This document shows positions 11,481 through 22,344 of a stretch of DNA of 64,000 bases, piece after piece (the stretch's first letter is position 1; every line of letters starts with the position of its first letter). Both the position numbers and the translations under genes were made by a program. The notes beneath the pieces were generated by a model. The model searched no databases and was not told where the DNA came from. It saw nothing but the letters and a program-made list of their open reading frames with translations. Source of the stretch: Vulcanimicrobiota bacterium (GTDB lineage Bacteria; Vulcanimicrobiota; Vulcanimicrobiia; Vulcanimicrobiales; Vulcanimicrobiaceae); contig CAWAXX010000024.1 in NCBI GenBank assembly GCA_963786105.1, forward strand, positions 64,001 through 128,000, given 5' to 3'.

Positions 11481-13478
11481 ATGCTGGCACTGACGCATTT
11501 CGTAGTAGGGCTCGCCATCGCACATGTAACGTTGCTCGTCTTCTTTTTGATTGGCGCAGCGGCCTTCCCGTGGTGTGATTCGGTGGACGATGCAGAGCGT
11601 CCGTCGCGCATCATGATGCGCGTAGCGTGCACCTGCGCGCTGGGAATGGCGATCGCCGGTCTGGCGCTGTTCCTCGCCGGCACGCTCGGACTGCTCACGA
11701 TCGCGGGGATCGCCGTAACCCTTGCGGCGGCATTTTCGGTCGCGTGCGTCGCCGCGCGGCGTTCGCCGTTCCGAGCGGCGTTTTGGCGAGCTCGCGTTCG
11801 CGCGCTGACGCGCTGCTGGAGTTGGCCGCTGGCTGCGGTCTACGTCGCGCTGATCGTCATTGCCACGCGAGCGGTCATTCCCGAAGGCACGGGATACTCC
11901 GACGCGATCTTCTACCACCTCGCGTACGCGCAGGATTGGGCCAACGCCGGCCGGCTGGTCGTCGACCCGTACATGGCGTTCATCTTTTATGCCAATAATT
12001 TCTTGCTGCTGTTCGCCGCGTGGATCGTGCTGGGTGCCGGTGCCTACGCGCAGTTTTTAACGTGGTCGACCGGCCTGTTGATGGCGCTCGCGCTCTACGC
12101 GGCCATCGACGATTCGAACTATTCGCGAAAAAATGCCGGTTGGCACGCGGTCATCGGCCTGCTCGCCGTCTTTTCCGTCATCTCGGCTGCGATCTTTCTG
12201 GACTATTCGGTGCTAGGATACATCGACGTTCCGATCGGCGCGATGGCGCTGCTCTCCGTCGTCGCCGTTGTGCTGGCGATACGCGACCGGAAACCCCAAT
12301 GGCTGATCGCGGCCGCGACGATCGCCGGGTTTCTCGTCGGTATGAAAGCGTCGTTCGTTCTGTTGACGCCGATTTTCTTCGTTGGGCTCGTGTGGGGCGG
12401 ATTGGCAATCGGCATGCGACGGACGGCGATCGCCGGCGTGCTAGCGGTCCTGTGCGCGGTCGCCGCGCCGTGGTACGTGCGCAACTGGATACTGGCAGGC
12501 GACCCCATCGCACCGGCGCTCAACATCGCGTTGCATGGGAACGACGGTCTCTGGAGGGTCGCGGAATGGAATGGGCTGTGGCAAGACATGGCGACGTCGA
12601 GATCGCCCAAGGCCTTCCTCACCCTCCCCTTGCGGGCGTATCTGCATCCGCTTTCGGCCGACTTCCGCGAATACGGGGCCTCTGGGCTCGTGCTTTTCCT
12701 CTACGTTCCTGCAATCGTCGCGATTCTGGTCGCGTCGTTTCGGCGGCGCATTCCGGCCGAATTGGCCATCCCGATATTCATCGTGTCGGCATTCGCGCTG
12801 TACTGGTTCGGGACGACCTCGTTGTTACGCTACGCATTGTTGTTCTATCCGCTTCTCGCCTTGTGCGTGGGCATGCTGCTGATACAACTGATAGCGTTAC
12901 GGCCCAAACTGGCGCCCCTCGCGCTCGCACTGGCCGTCGTGGCCGCCCTGCCCGTCTTTTCGAGTCTGCGCCCTGACGGAGACTTCATTCAGAACGACCT
13001 TTTGAGCGAGGCGCACGCATTTCTGCACTACGCCGGCGAGCAAGCGTTTCTCAACGAGAACGACGAGGGTTACGCCGACCAGCAGCTGGCCGCTGCCTGG
13101 ATGCGGCGTCATGGATATTCGGGCAACGTTTTCGTGATCAGCGATAACGCGTTCGATTACTATTTTCGCCGCAACGGCATCACGAGCATCGGCAACTGGA
13201 CCGGGCCTGCCGGGTGGTTTCGATTGCTTCAAGCAATCGATGCCGGCGAAGCCGCCGAGTTTCTCAACGGCCTTGGAACGCGGGCCGTGTTTCTTAGCCC
13301 GCAACAGTTGATCGACAGCGGTGTCGAGCACGTGCTGGTCGAGCAGCTCGAAAGCGCGGGCTACCGCGAGGTCCCGATGACCCCCGGCAGCGTCTACCAC
13401 TTTTACGTGCGTGCCGCCGAGCCTAACCTCGGCCGGGTGAAACCTTCGTCATACGAGGAAAACGCCGGTAAAGGTTGA
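11481..13478 (+). CDS. multi-pass membrane protein, GT-C superfamily glycosyltransferase-like
   Basis: 665 aa, more than 12 hydrophobic helices, DAIFYHL, GYIDVP, GMK, PWYVRNWILAGDP, soluble C-terminal domain. Confidence 0.7.
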   Translation: MLALTHFVVGLAIAHVTLLVFFLIGAAAFPWCDSVDDAERPSRIMMRVACTCALGMAIAGLALFLAGTLGLLTIAGIAVTLAAAFSVACVAARRSPFRAAFWRARVRALTRCWSWPLAAVYVALIVIATRAVIPEGTGYSDAIFYHLAYAQDWANAGRLVVDPYMAFIFYANNFLLLFAAWIVLGAGAYAQFLTWSTGLLMALALYAAIDDSNYSRKNAGWHAVIGLLAVFSVISAAIFLDYSVLGYIDVPIGAMALLSVVAVVLAIRDRKPQWLIAAATIAGFLVGMKASFVLLTPIFFVGLVWGGLAIGMRRTAIAGVLAVLCAVAAPWYVRNWILAGDPIAPALNIALHGNDGLWRVAEWNGLWQDMATSRSPKAFLTLPLRAYLHPLSADFREYGASGLVLFLYVPAIVAILVASFRRRIPAELAIPIFIVSAFALYWFGTTSLLRYALLFYPLLALCVGMLLIQLIALRPKLAPLALALAVVAALPVFSSLRPDGDFIQNDLLSEAHAFLHYAGEQAFLNENDEGYADQQLAAAWMRRHGYSGNVFVISDNAFDYYFRRNGITSIGNWTGPAGWFRLLQAIDAGEAAEFLNGLGTRAVFLSPQQLIDSGVEHVLVEQLESAGYREVPMTPGSVYHFYVRAAEPNLGRVKPSSYEENAGKG

Positions 13479-14448
13479 CGAGCAGTTCGTGGCTCGTCTT
13501 CTGCGCGAACTGGACGTCGTACATCAAGGCGTTGAGGATCAACTGGAATCCCATCAGGAAGGGCAGGACGGCGAGCATGACCGTTCCGGTCGTGCGCGAT
13601 TCGTGCGTGATCGAGCTCACGATCCACTGATACGTTCCCCATCCGCCGCCTGCCAGCAACAGCAAGATGCCGAACACTAGAGTAAATTGAGCCCAAGTTG
13701 ACGTCGAAGATGAAGTATTGCAGCATGATGCGCCGCAGCATCAGCCGGAACAGCTTCGGCGGAAACTCCCCCAGCACGGCGGGAATCGAAAGCGAGCTTC
13801 GCGCGCCGGTGTAAATCGTCGGCATCTCGAGCTCGAGGATCGGAAGCCGCTTCAACCCCAGTTCGCAGAGCACGGAGATCTCGAAAAAATACGAATCGGC
13901 AAACGACTGCCAGGGGAGTAACGCCAGCAGCGCGGCGTTAAAGGCGATATAGCCGTTGGTCGGATCGATGACGTTCCAGTATCCCGACGCGAACTTTGCG
14001 AGAATCGAAAGCACGGCGTTGCCGAACAAGCGCCGCCGCGGCATCCGCAGAGACGACGGAAGAGTCGAAGAACCGATTTCCCTTGATGCACACCAGCGTC
14101 GCGTCGGCCTCGAACAGATCGCGAATGATGCCGATGAATGACGCATCCATTTGCCCGTCGGCATCGAGCTTCACGATCAGATCGGCGCCGTTATCGATGC
14201 AAAATGCGATGCCGGTTTTCATGGCCGCGCCGACGCCCCCGTTCCGATCGCGCCGAAGCACGCGTACGTTTTCGACGGTGCTGGAAGGCCGCTTCGGCGA
14301 CCGACCCCGAGCCTTCGGGGCAGCCGTCGTCGACGACGACGATCTCGTCGGCGAATTGGAGAGCCTGCCCGACGACGTTGGCGATCGTATCGGCGGCGCG
14401 AAACGCGGGAATGACGCAAAAGAGCCGCTGCCGGCTCGCGCCTTCCAC
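13423..14448 (-). CDS. GT2 polyprenyl-phosphate glycosyltransferase (DPM1/GtrB-like; 3 apparent +1 frameshifts)
   Basis: VIPAFRA, VVDDGC, RNGGVGAA, KLDADGQMD, KGNRF, DPTNGY, two C-terminal TM helices; shifts near 14277, 14051 and 13682. Confidence 0.85.
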
Positions 14449-14460
14449 CCTGGAGCCTAC

Positions 14461-15273
14461 CTACCTCGGCGGCGAACTAGCGGGCGGGTTCGCGGGCGCG
14501 GGGCTCGCGAGCGGAACGCTTGCCGTGGCGCCGAGTCCAAGTTTTGCGCACATCAGCTGCATGCTGGTGGTGGCGGCCGCGCATCCGTCGGTCAACTGCG
14601 TAAAGAGCTCGTTCACGACCCGATCGAGCGCGTCGCGGGTCGTCGTTGCGTCGTTGACCGGCGGCAAATCTGAAGCACCTTGGCCCGACGCAAAGGCTAG
14701 TGCAGCGAAATCTACCGCACTGGTATTGTGAGGATTGAAGGCGAGGATGCCTGCCGCGGTTGTTTCGAGACGCAACCCATTACGCGAGCCGTAGCCCGTA
14801 AGATCGCCGGATATCCACGTGATGGTCGGTTTCCTAAAGCCCGCAGCTTTGCACGAAACGAGTTGAGCGTTGGCTGCCACCTTGGCCCAGCCGTGCACCC
14901 AGATGACAAAAGGATCCTGGGCTGTGTAGGTGTTTGTGCTCTCGATAATGATCCCACCGAGGACTTGCGGGCCCTTGGAGTTTTCCAATCCGGGATCGTT
15001 CAAGCATTGATCGCCAAGGTCGTTCGGGCCCCAGGAGAGCCGGGGAACCACCCAAACCGAACCAGGCCCGCTTACGCGATCGAAGAGCGCCTGCACGCGG
15101 CCCGCGACCTTATGCGCCAATGCGGCGACGCTGGCGTCGTTGCCCGGAACGAGGACGTAAAAGGTTGGAGCTGCGCTGGCGAGTTCGTTGTCGGCCCGTG
15201 CCGGCAAACCGCCGTTGATAAACAAGATTAACGCCATCATTATGGCCGCCCCGGTACCGCCGTAATGTCTCAT
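14461..15273 (-). CDS. hypothetical secreted protein with Pro-rich tail
   Basis: ATG 15273, hydrophobic stretch then ARA-D cleavage-like site; no family recognised. Confidence 0.6.
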   Translation of the reverse strand: MRHYGGTGAAIMMALILFINGGLPARADNELASAAPTFYVLVPGNDASVAALAHKVAGRVQALFDRVSGPGSVWVVPRLSWGPNDLGDQCLNDPGLENSKGPQVLGGIIIESTNTYTAQDPFVIWVHGWAKVAANAQLVSCKAAGFRKPTITWISGDLTGYGSRNGLRLETTAAGILAFNPHNTSAVDFAALAFASGQGASDLPPVNDATTTRDALDRVVNELFTQLTDGCAAATTSMQLMCAKLGLGATASVPLASPAPANPPASSPPR

Positions 15274-15351
15274 CGGCTCTAAGGTTAGCAGGCGTGAGGA
15301 AACTTTCCTGTGCGACGGGGGCAAGAGCTCCGCAGGCTGAAAATACGTTTC

Positions 15352-16825
15352 ATGCATGCGAAGCCGCTCGAAAGAACGTATGCCGGGCGTCTCGCTCAGG
15401 AGCGCCGCCGTTTCGACTTGGTGTCGGAGTTCGACGATTTGCCGCCGATCTATCACTATTGGTCGAACACGTTCGTGCGCGCGATGCTCGAACGCCTGGG
15501 CTGCTCGTCGCCCCCGAGCTTCCTCGCCCATTATCTTCGGGTGAGCGCCGAGCGCTGCCAGTCCAAACAGCCCGGTGTTTTTGAGCATTGGTTCGGGGGA
15601 CGGCAATAACGAGCTGGAGATCGCCCAGCTTCTCAAGCGAAGCGGCCAGGACGACTTCCGAATCGAGTGCTTGGAACTCAACGCGACGCTGATCAAACGC
15701 GCGGCCAAGGAAGCCCGAGAAGCCGGACTGGCATCGCACCTCTCGTTCGTGCGGCAAGACTTCAACAAGTGGCGCCCGAGACGCACGTACCAGGGCGTCG
15801 TCGCGAACCAGTCGTTGCATCACGTGACGAATTTGGAAGGTCTCTTCGACGCCGTTGGGCGTGCCCTCGAACCGCGGGCGCTCTTCGCGATCAACGACAT
15901 CATCGGCAGAAACGGACATCAGCGGTGGCCGGAAGCGCACCATTTGGTCGAGCGGTTTTGGAAGAAGCTTCCGATATCGCACCGGTTTCAACATCAATTC
16001 AAGCGCTACGAGGATCGTTTTAGCGACTGGGATTGTTCGTCGGTCGGCTTCGAAGGAATTCGCGCGCAAGACGTACTGCCTTTGCTTCTCGAGCGATTTC
16101 ACTTCCACGCGTTCGTCGGATACGGGAACGTGGTCGATCCGTTCGTCGACCGGGGATTCGGGCCGAACTTCGATGCCGGCGCCCAGTGGGACCGCACCTT
16201 TATCGATTGCGTGCACGCCTGCGACGAACGCGCACTGCAAGACGGCTATCTCACGCCGACGCACGTGCTGGCGGTGGTGGCCAACGAGCCCACCGAATCC
16301 CCCTACTACGCGCGAGGTCTCACGCCGCAGGCGGCCGTGCGGCCGCCCGATCGTGTCGTAAGCGACGCCGACGTCGAAGCGATGGACCGGGCACTATCGG
16401 TGTACTTCGACATTCCCCCGGTATCGACGGAAAAAGCCGGCGGCCCCGGCGTGCGGCTTCCGCTCGTCGGTTGCGTCGCGCAGGACGGCGACGCCGAAGG
16501 CGCGTTCGAGGATGGATGGGCTTCGTCGGCGCTGACCTTTTCGGTCGTTCCGGAACGAGACGTTTCCGGGGTGAGCGTTCACGCCACCATCGCCGAAGGA
16601 ATTGCTCCCGGCACCGACTTCTCCGCCGACGTCAACGGATTTCAAACGAGCGTTGCTCCCACCACGCGCGGCCTCGCGCTGCACTGTCCGGTACGGCTGC
16701 TGCGAGGGGTGCGCGCGAAAATTCACCTAGCCGTCGGCGCGACGGCGAATCTGAAGGAGCTCGGGTTGGGCAGCGACGAGCGCGAGCTCGGCTTTCACCT
16801 CGACGACGTCGTTTTCGAACCCTAG
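15352..16825 (+). CDS. class I SAM-dependent methyltransferase with C-terminal accessory domain (one apparent +1 frameshift)
   Basis: N-terminus DLPPIYHYWSN, shift at ~15574, then FLSIGSGDG (motif I), CLELN, QDFN, NQSLHH. Confidence 0.85.
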
Positions 16826-16832
16826 CGAGGCG

Positions 16833-17616
16833 CTAGACGTACTCCCCTAACGAGTCCCGGTGACGGTTGAAGTAGACCAGCGACAGCAGCAGGATGACGA
16901 TGGCGAAGCCGGCCGAGAACGCCAAGTTGCGCCAGCCCGGCATGGTTCCGTAGTAGAAGACGTCCTGATAGGTCGCAATCATTGCGGCGACCGGGCTATA
17001 TTCCACCAAGAACTGCAGGCTCGGCGGTACGACGAATCGCGCGTAAAAGATCGGCGTCAGAAAGAAGACGGCGAGCAGCGCATACCCGATCGAGTTGCTG
17101 AAGGTCGCGGTAGAATACGTTGGCCGTGGCAACGAAAAACGAAAACCCCAGCGCCATGCAAAGTTCGATCAGCGCCAAAAGCGGCAGAAACAGGACCGCC
17201 CAGACGACGTTCACGCCAAACGCCATGCAGACCGGCACGAGCAGGACGGCGGTGATCAAAAAGTTGACGCCGTTCGAAAGCACCGGGACGATTACCAGAA
17301 GTTCCGTCGGCAGAAGCGTCTTCCCGACGTATGCCCGTCCGTCGAGAATCGCGGTAACGGCCTGCGCGATCGCGCCCTGAAACCAAATCCACGGGACCAT
17401 GCCGCTGAGCAAGTACAGCGGGAACAGGCGTATCGGCGACTTCAGATAGATCGAAAAGACGAGGGTGTAGATGAGCATGAAAATGATCGGGTTGAGCAGC
17501 GTCCACACGAACCCCAGCGCGGAGCCGCGATAGCGCACGAGGACGTCGCGTTTGACCAGCTCGTAGAGCAGCCAGCGGTAGCGCACCACCGAGCGCACGC
17601 TCGCGCGAATACTCAA
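16833..17616 (-). CDS. wzm: polysaccharide ABC transporter permease Wzm (one apparent +1 frameshift)
   Basis: [31 protein letters not shown]; shift at ~17091. Confidence 0.9.
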
Positions 17617-18366
17617 CGCGCACCAACTTCACGAAGGGCCGGGGTTTCCGCGCGCGACCCTGCCACCAGCGTACCGGCGCGGAATAGCGATTCGAACTGT
17701 CCGGCGTCCGCCCACCAGCCTTCGAGCACGTCGTATTGCAGCTCGCCGGCGTGGATATAGGCGTTGTTGACGTCGGTGATCTCGAGCTCGCCGCGCTCGG
17801 ACGGTTTGAGATCGGCGGCAGAACTCGAAAACCTTACGGTCGTACATGTAAATCCCAGTCACTGCATAGCGGCTTTTCGGGTGCGATGGTTTCTCTTCGA
17901 TGCGCACAATCCTGTCGCCGCTCAACTGCGGGCAACCGAAACGCTCCGGATCGGTCACGTCCTTTAGCAGGATTCGAGCTCCGGTCTCCTGCGCCTCAAA
18001 CTTTCGGACGTACGGCGCGATGGAATCCTGAACGATGTTGTCGCCCAGAATCACCACGACGGGGCCGCCGTCGGCAAAGTGCTCGCAAAGTTTGAGGGCG
18101 TCGGCAATGCCGCCTTCGGTATCTTGGTAGGTGTAGTGAAGGTCTTTAAGACCAAACTCCTTACCGTTGCCGAGCAGGCGCAGAAAATCGCCGGCCGAGT
18201 TCCCTCCGGTCACGATCATGATATCGTCGATGCCGGCGTCGCAGAGCGTCTCGATCGGATAGTAGATCATCGGCCGATCGTAAACCGGCAAGAGATGCTT
18301 GTTGGTGACTTTGGTAAGCGGACGCAATCGGGAACCCAGCCCACCCGCGAGGATCACACCCTTCAT
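17613..18366 (-). CDS. rmlA: glucose-1-phosphate thymidylyltransferase (short form; one apparent +1 frameshift)
   Basis: [31 protein letters not shown]; after shift at ~17814: [24 protein letters not shown] at 17613 overlaps the wzm TTG. Confidence 0.9.
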
Positions 18367-18378
18367 GGTTGTGTCCGG

Positions 18379-19389
18379 CTACCGGTTCGCATACTGGCGT
18401 TTATAGTAGTCCATAAACTCGCGCCCCCGCAACGGCCGCCACCACGACTCGTTCGCCTGGTACCATTCGATGGTGTCGCGCAAGCCGCGTTCGAAACCAA
18501 CGCGCGGCTCCCAGCCCAGCGCGCGCGCTTTCGCACAGTTGACGGCGTAGCGCCGATCGTGACCGGCCCGGTCTTCGACGTACTTTACGTGGGTGTCCAT
18601 GGAGCGGTCGCATCCGGCAACGAGCCGTTCGGTAATCTCGCGGTTGGTGCGCGCGTTGCCGCCTCCAAGGTTGTAAACGTTGCCGATCTCTCCGTTTTCG
18701 AGGACGTGCAGGATGCCGCGCGCGTGATCCTCGGCGTGCAGCCAGTCGCGAACCTGAAGGCCGTCGCCGTACACCGGAACGGGCTGGTCGTCGATGAGGT
18801 TCGTAACGAACAGCGGGATGAGCTTTTCGGGATGTTGGAACGGACCGTACGTGTTCGACCCGCGCGTAATCAACACCGGGCTATCGAAAGTCGTCCGGTA
18901 CGCCAAGACCTGAAGATCGCCGCCCGCTTTGCTTGCGCTGTACGGGCTACGCGGCTGCAGCGGGTCGGTCTCGAGCGATTCGCCCTCGGCGACGTCGCCG
19001 TACACCTCGTCGGTGGAGACTTGGAGATAGCGGCCGACGTCGTGCTTGCGCACGGCTTCGAGCAAGACGTGGGTTCCCAGAATGTCGGTGCGCAAGAAGG
19101 CTTCCGGTTCGAGGATCGATCGATCGACGTGCGTCTCGGCCGCGAAATTCACGATCGCATCGACGCCGTCGCGAACGGCTTCGCGAACGGCGGACGCATC
19201 GCAGATGTTCCCGTGAATGAAGGTGTAGCGAGAATCGCTTTCGACGTCTGTCAGGTTTGCCCGATTCCCTGCGTAGGTCAGCGCGTCGAGATTGACGATC
19301 TGCGTCGCCGGCCGCTCCTGGAGCACCAAACGAACGAACGTCGACCCAATAAAACCTAAGCCGCCCGTGACGAGGATACGAGATAGCAC
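18379..19389 (-). CDS. rmlB: dTDP-glucose 4,6-dehydratase
   Basis: TGGLGFIGS, DALTYAGN, AAETHVDRS, STDEVYG, PYSASK, DRAGHDRRY. Confidence 0.95.
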   Translation of the reverse strand: MLSRILVTGGLGFIGSTFVRLVLQERPATQIVNLDALTYAGNRANLTDVESDSRYTFIHGNICDASAVREAVRDGVDAIVNFAAETHVDRSILEPEAFLRTDILGTHVLLEAVRKHDVGRYLQVSTDEVYGDVAEGESLETDPLQPRSPYSASKAGGDLQVLAYRTTFDSPVLITRGSNTYGPFQHPEKLIPLFVTNLIDDQPVPVYGDGLQVRDWLHAEDHARGILHVLENGEIGNVYNLGGGNARTNREITERLVAGCDRSMDTHVKYVEDRAGHDRRYAVNCAKARALGWEPRVGFERGLRDTIEWYQANESWWRPLRGREFMDYYKRQYANR

Positions 19390-19439
19390 CGCCGTAGCAC
19401 CCGCACTTCTATTAGAAGAACTAATCGTAAGACCGTCCC

Positions 19440-20325
19440 TTAGCCGGATAGCCGATACGTCCCTGTCGGCGTGGCCCGTTCGATATTCGTTAAGAAATTC
19501 GTAACCTGTCCGTCGAGCGGCTCGAGCCGCGGTCGATGGTCGGCTTGCATCGCTCGCAGGCCCAGCAGATTATCGCGATCGATCGGAAGGCGAACGTGCA
19601 GCAGCGACGCCGTTTGCACGGCGAGGTCCGCGGCCAAAAATGGAATGGGGACGAACGCAACGTTTGCTCCGAGGCGCGCGCCGAGCGCTCGGTAGAATTC
19701 ACGATACGTCACCGGTTCGCGCTCGGCTACGGTGAACGTCCCGCGCAGGTCTCGGCAGATTGCGCCGTAGACCGCTTCGGTAAGATCGTCCACGAACACG
19801 GTTTGGAGCGGCTGGTTTCCGCCGTCGATCAAAGGCACGAAGCGATGATGCCGCAGGTACGCGCACATCGACGCGAACACGCCTCCGTCACCCAGAACGA
19901 GGCCGGGCCGAACGACTAAGGCGCCCCGGCTTTCAAAGAGACGTTCGAGCGCGTATTTCTGCCGTCCGTATTGTGACGCCGCTCGCTCGTGCGCCGCCAA
20001 GGCTCGAAAGAAACACGATCCGTTTGACGCGCCGTCGTTGCGCCGTTTCGAGCAGCAACGTGCTTCCCGCAACGTTGAGATCCAGATCTTCCTTGACGAC
20101 GGCAGCATGCACGAGCGCGTCGACGCCCTCGAAGAGTTCGTCGGGTAGCGCGGTCCACGCGAGATCGTAGGAGCGCCACTCTGCGCCATCGGGAACGTTT
20201 GCCGGTTGCCGGCGTCCGCATCCGATGGCTCGCCAGCCGTTCGCCAAGAAACGGCGAATCAGCGCCGTTCCGATGAATCCGCCACCGCCGGTGACGAGGA
20301 CCGTCGATCGCGGTGGTTGCATCAC
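19440..20325 (-). CDS. NAD-dependent epimerase/dehydratase (one apparent +1 frameshift)
   Basis: VTGGGGFIG, FLSS, YGRQK (YxxxK), RPGLVLG; shift at ~20001. Confidence 0.85.
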
Positions 20326-21938
20326 GTCGCGAACGTACCGGCGAGGAGCGCGGCCACGCGATGCGCGTTGGCCATGAGCGAAAGCGTCAGCGGTTTAGCC
20401 GGCAGAAACGTAAAGCCGGAGCCATCGGCGACGAACACGCCTTCGGTGCCGTGCAGCCGGCCGTCAGAGCTCAACGTGAGCGGTTTCTCTTCTCGATCGA
20501 ACGGCAGGGTGCCGGCATAGTGAATGCTGGATCCAAGCGGCGGGTGAACGCGTTTGATCGGCCACGCTCCTAAAGTTCGCAGCGCGCGGCGGAATCCGCC
20601 CTCACGCGCGACGTGGCGGCGGCGTTCGTCGCCGGTGAGGGCGTACGCGATCGCTAGCCGGTCCTGCGTGGGCGACGACGGATCGCTCTCAATCCACAGC
20701 GCTTTGCCCTCCGAACGCGCCTGGGGATGATCGAATCCGGCAATGATGAATCCGGAGAGCAGATACTGCATGAGGATTCGCGCGTCGCGCACGTCGAGCG
20801 GCATCTCGCGCAGCAAACGAAAGAGCATCAACGAGCGATACGAAAAGATCGTTCCGACGGCGACGTCGCTGCCGTGGCCGCCGGGATCGTGAAAAAGCGC
20901 GAGTTGCGTGAGGCTGTTGTTTCGTTCCGGCATCGATCGGCCGATTCGCGATGGAACGAGGCACGGCACGTACGTATAATCGTTGCACAGCAGCGGCAGC
21001 CGCGCCGCCGGAGCGACGGAGCGCAGCACGATTCGCGCCGTTCCGAAGACGCCGCATGCCAGCACCAAGCGGCGGCACGAATACTGCCGTTCGGGTCCGC
21101 CGTCGAGATCGAGAGCCGTGACCTCGACTTCGCCCGCGCGGTCCTCGAAGCGCGTGGCGAGAGCGTTACCGGCGTAGGAAAAGTTCGCGCTGCCGCGCAG
21201 TGCCGCGACGACCGGAGCCGGCCGCCACGCCGCGCCATTGCCGTCAGTGTAGAACTCCATGTCGCGCAGATCGGTCGCCGCGCGATCGCCCTTCGGCCGG
21301 CTCAAAAGCGCCAGCGCCGGCCGGCCCACGTAGTATCCCCGCGAATTCATCGCGACGCGTCGCCGCTCGTAGTGCGCGTAGAGCAGCTCGGCGGTAGGAT
21401 CGAGCGGCAGCGGTGGCTGGACGTGCGTCAAGTCGCCGATGGTGTACGGCCGCGCGTCGTCGGCGGCACCGGAGATGCCGATCCGATCCGCGACGACTTG
21501 GTATGCCGCACGTAGTTCGTCGACGGGGAGCGACGCACGTTCCAGCTCCGCGTCTGAATACACGCCGCACATCAATCCCCAGCCGCTGGCCAAGCCGCCT
21601 AACGCCAGGCTTTCCAGCGGTGCGAAGTTCTCCGACCGCACTTTGAGCAGTTCGTCGACGCGGTCGACGATGAAACGCCGAGGCGGCGTCAGCTGCGCGC
21701 CGGCGCCGATTTTCCGAAAGGCGGCACTCTCGAAGTGCTCGCCGAGTAAATACCGGTACTGCTCTTGCTCGCTGCGCCGGATTTCCACGAAGCTCTTTGC
21801 TGGTACGAGCTTCGAAAGGCGGTCGTCGCGGCGCCCTGCGTCGAGCATGAGCACGCGCGCGCCGCCGGCGACGAGGGTTTGCGCCGCCGTCGAGCCGGTT
21901 GCGCCCGAACCCACGACGATGAAATCGAATTCGGTCAC
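20322..21938 (-). CDS. GMC-family FAD oxidoreductase
   Basis: GTG 21938; IVVGSGATG dinucleotide fold, GGLASGWG, HYAGT, VADGS..P.KPLTLSLMANAHR. Confidence 0.85.
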   Translation of the reverse strand: MTEFDFIVVGSGATGSTAAQTLVAGGARVLMLDAGRRDDRLSKLVPAKSFVEIRRSEQEQYRYLLGEHFESAAFRKIGAGAQLTPPRRFIVDRVDELLKVRSENFAPLESLALGGLASGWGLMCGVYSDAELERASLPVDELRAAYQVVADRIGISGAADDARPYTIGDLTHVQPPLPLDPTAELLYAHYERRRVAMNSRGYYVGRPALALLSRPKGDRAATDLRDMEFYTDGNGAAWRPAPVVAALRGSANFSYAGNALATRFEDRAGEVEVTALDLDGGPERQYSCRRLVLACGVFGTARIVLRSVAPAARLPLLCNDYTYVPCLVPSRIGRSMPERNNSLTQLALFHDPGGHGSDVAVGTIFSYRSLMLFRLLREMPLDVRDARILMQYLLSGFIIAGFDHPQARSEGKALWIESDPSSPTQDRLAIAYALTGDERRRHVAREGGFRRALRTLGAWPIKRVHPPLGSSIHYAGTLPFDREEKPLTLSSDGRLHGTEGVFVADGSGFTFLPAKPLTLSLMANAHRVAALLAGTFAT

Positions 21939-22309
21939 CGTACGAATCGCAGCAGCAATAAGCCCGCGGCCGCGAGCAATCCGGCGCGGGCCACCGCTAC
22001 GGCAACCGGAAAAAGGTCGCGGAGGGGTCGATCTCGCGGTAAGAAGACGTCGCAATATTCGGGCCGCGATTCAAGAACGGCAGCCATGAGGAGGACCTTC
22101 TTGCGCAACAAGGCGCCTGGGTCGACCAACGCGAGCGCCCCGTCGAGTGCGGGAATCGACCACGGGCGGGTTGACGCAAAACGCGTGACCGGGTCGGCCG
22201 TATCGTAGTTCAGCTCGCGTGAAGCACGAAGGTACAGCTCGCGCGCCGCGTCGCTGAGCTCGCTTCCTAAGAGATATCGCCCGAAAACTCCGGCTTCGTC
22301 TTCAGACAT
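21935..22309 (-). CDS. hypothetical protein with C-terminal hydrophobic helix
   Basis: ATG 22309, stop overlaps the GMC start (GTGA). Confidence 0.65.
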   Translation of the reverse strand: MSEDEAGVFGRYLLGSELSDAARELYLRASRELNYDTADPVTRFASTRPWSIPALDGALALVDPGALLRKKVLLMAAVLESRPEYCDVFLPRDRPLRDLFPVAVAVARAGLLAAAGLLLLRFVR

Positions 22310-22344
22310 GACATGACGTTTTTCGAGAAGAATGGGACGCTTGC

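Noticed and set aside
4698..20325. Programmed frameshifting or homopolymer phase variation
   Set aside because: No long homopolymers or slippery heptamers at most sites; the uniform +1 polarity fits sequencing error
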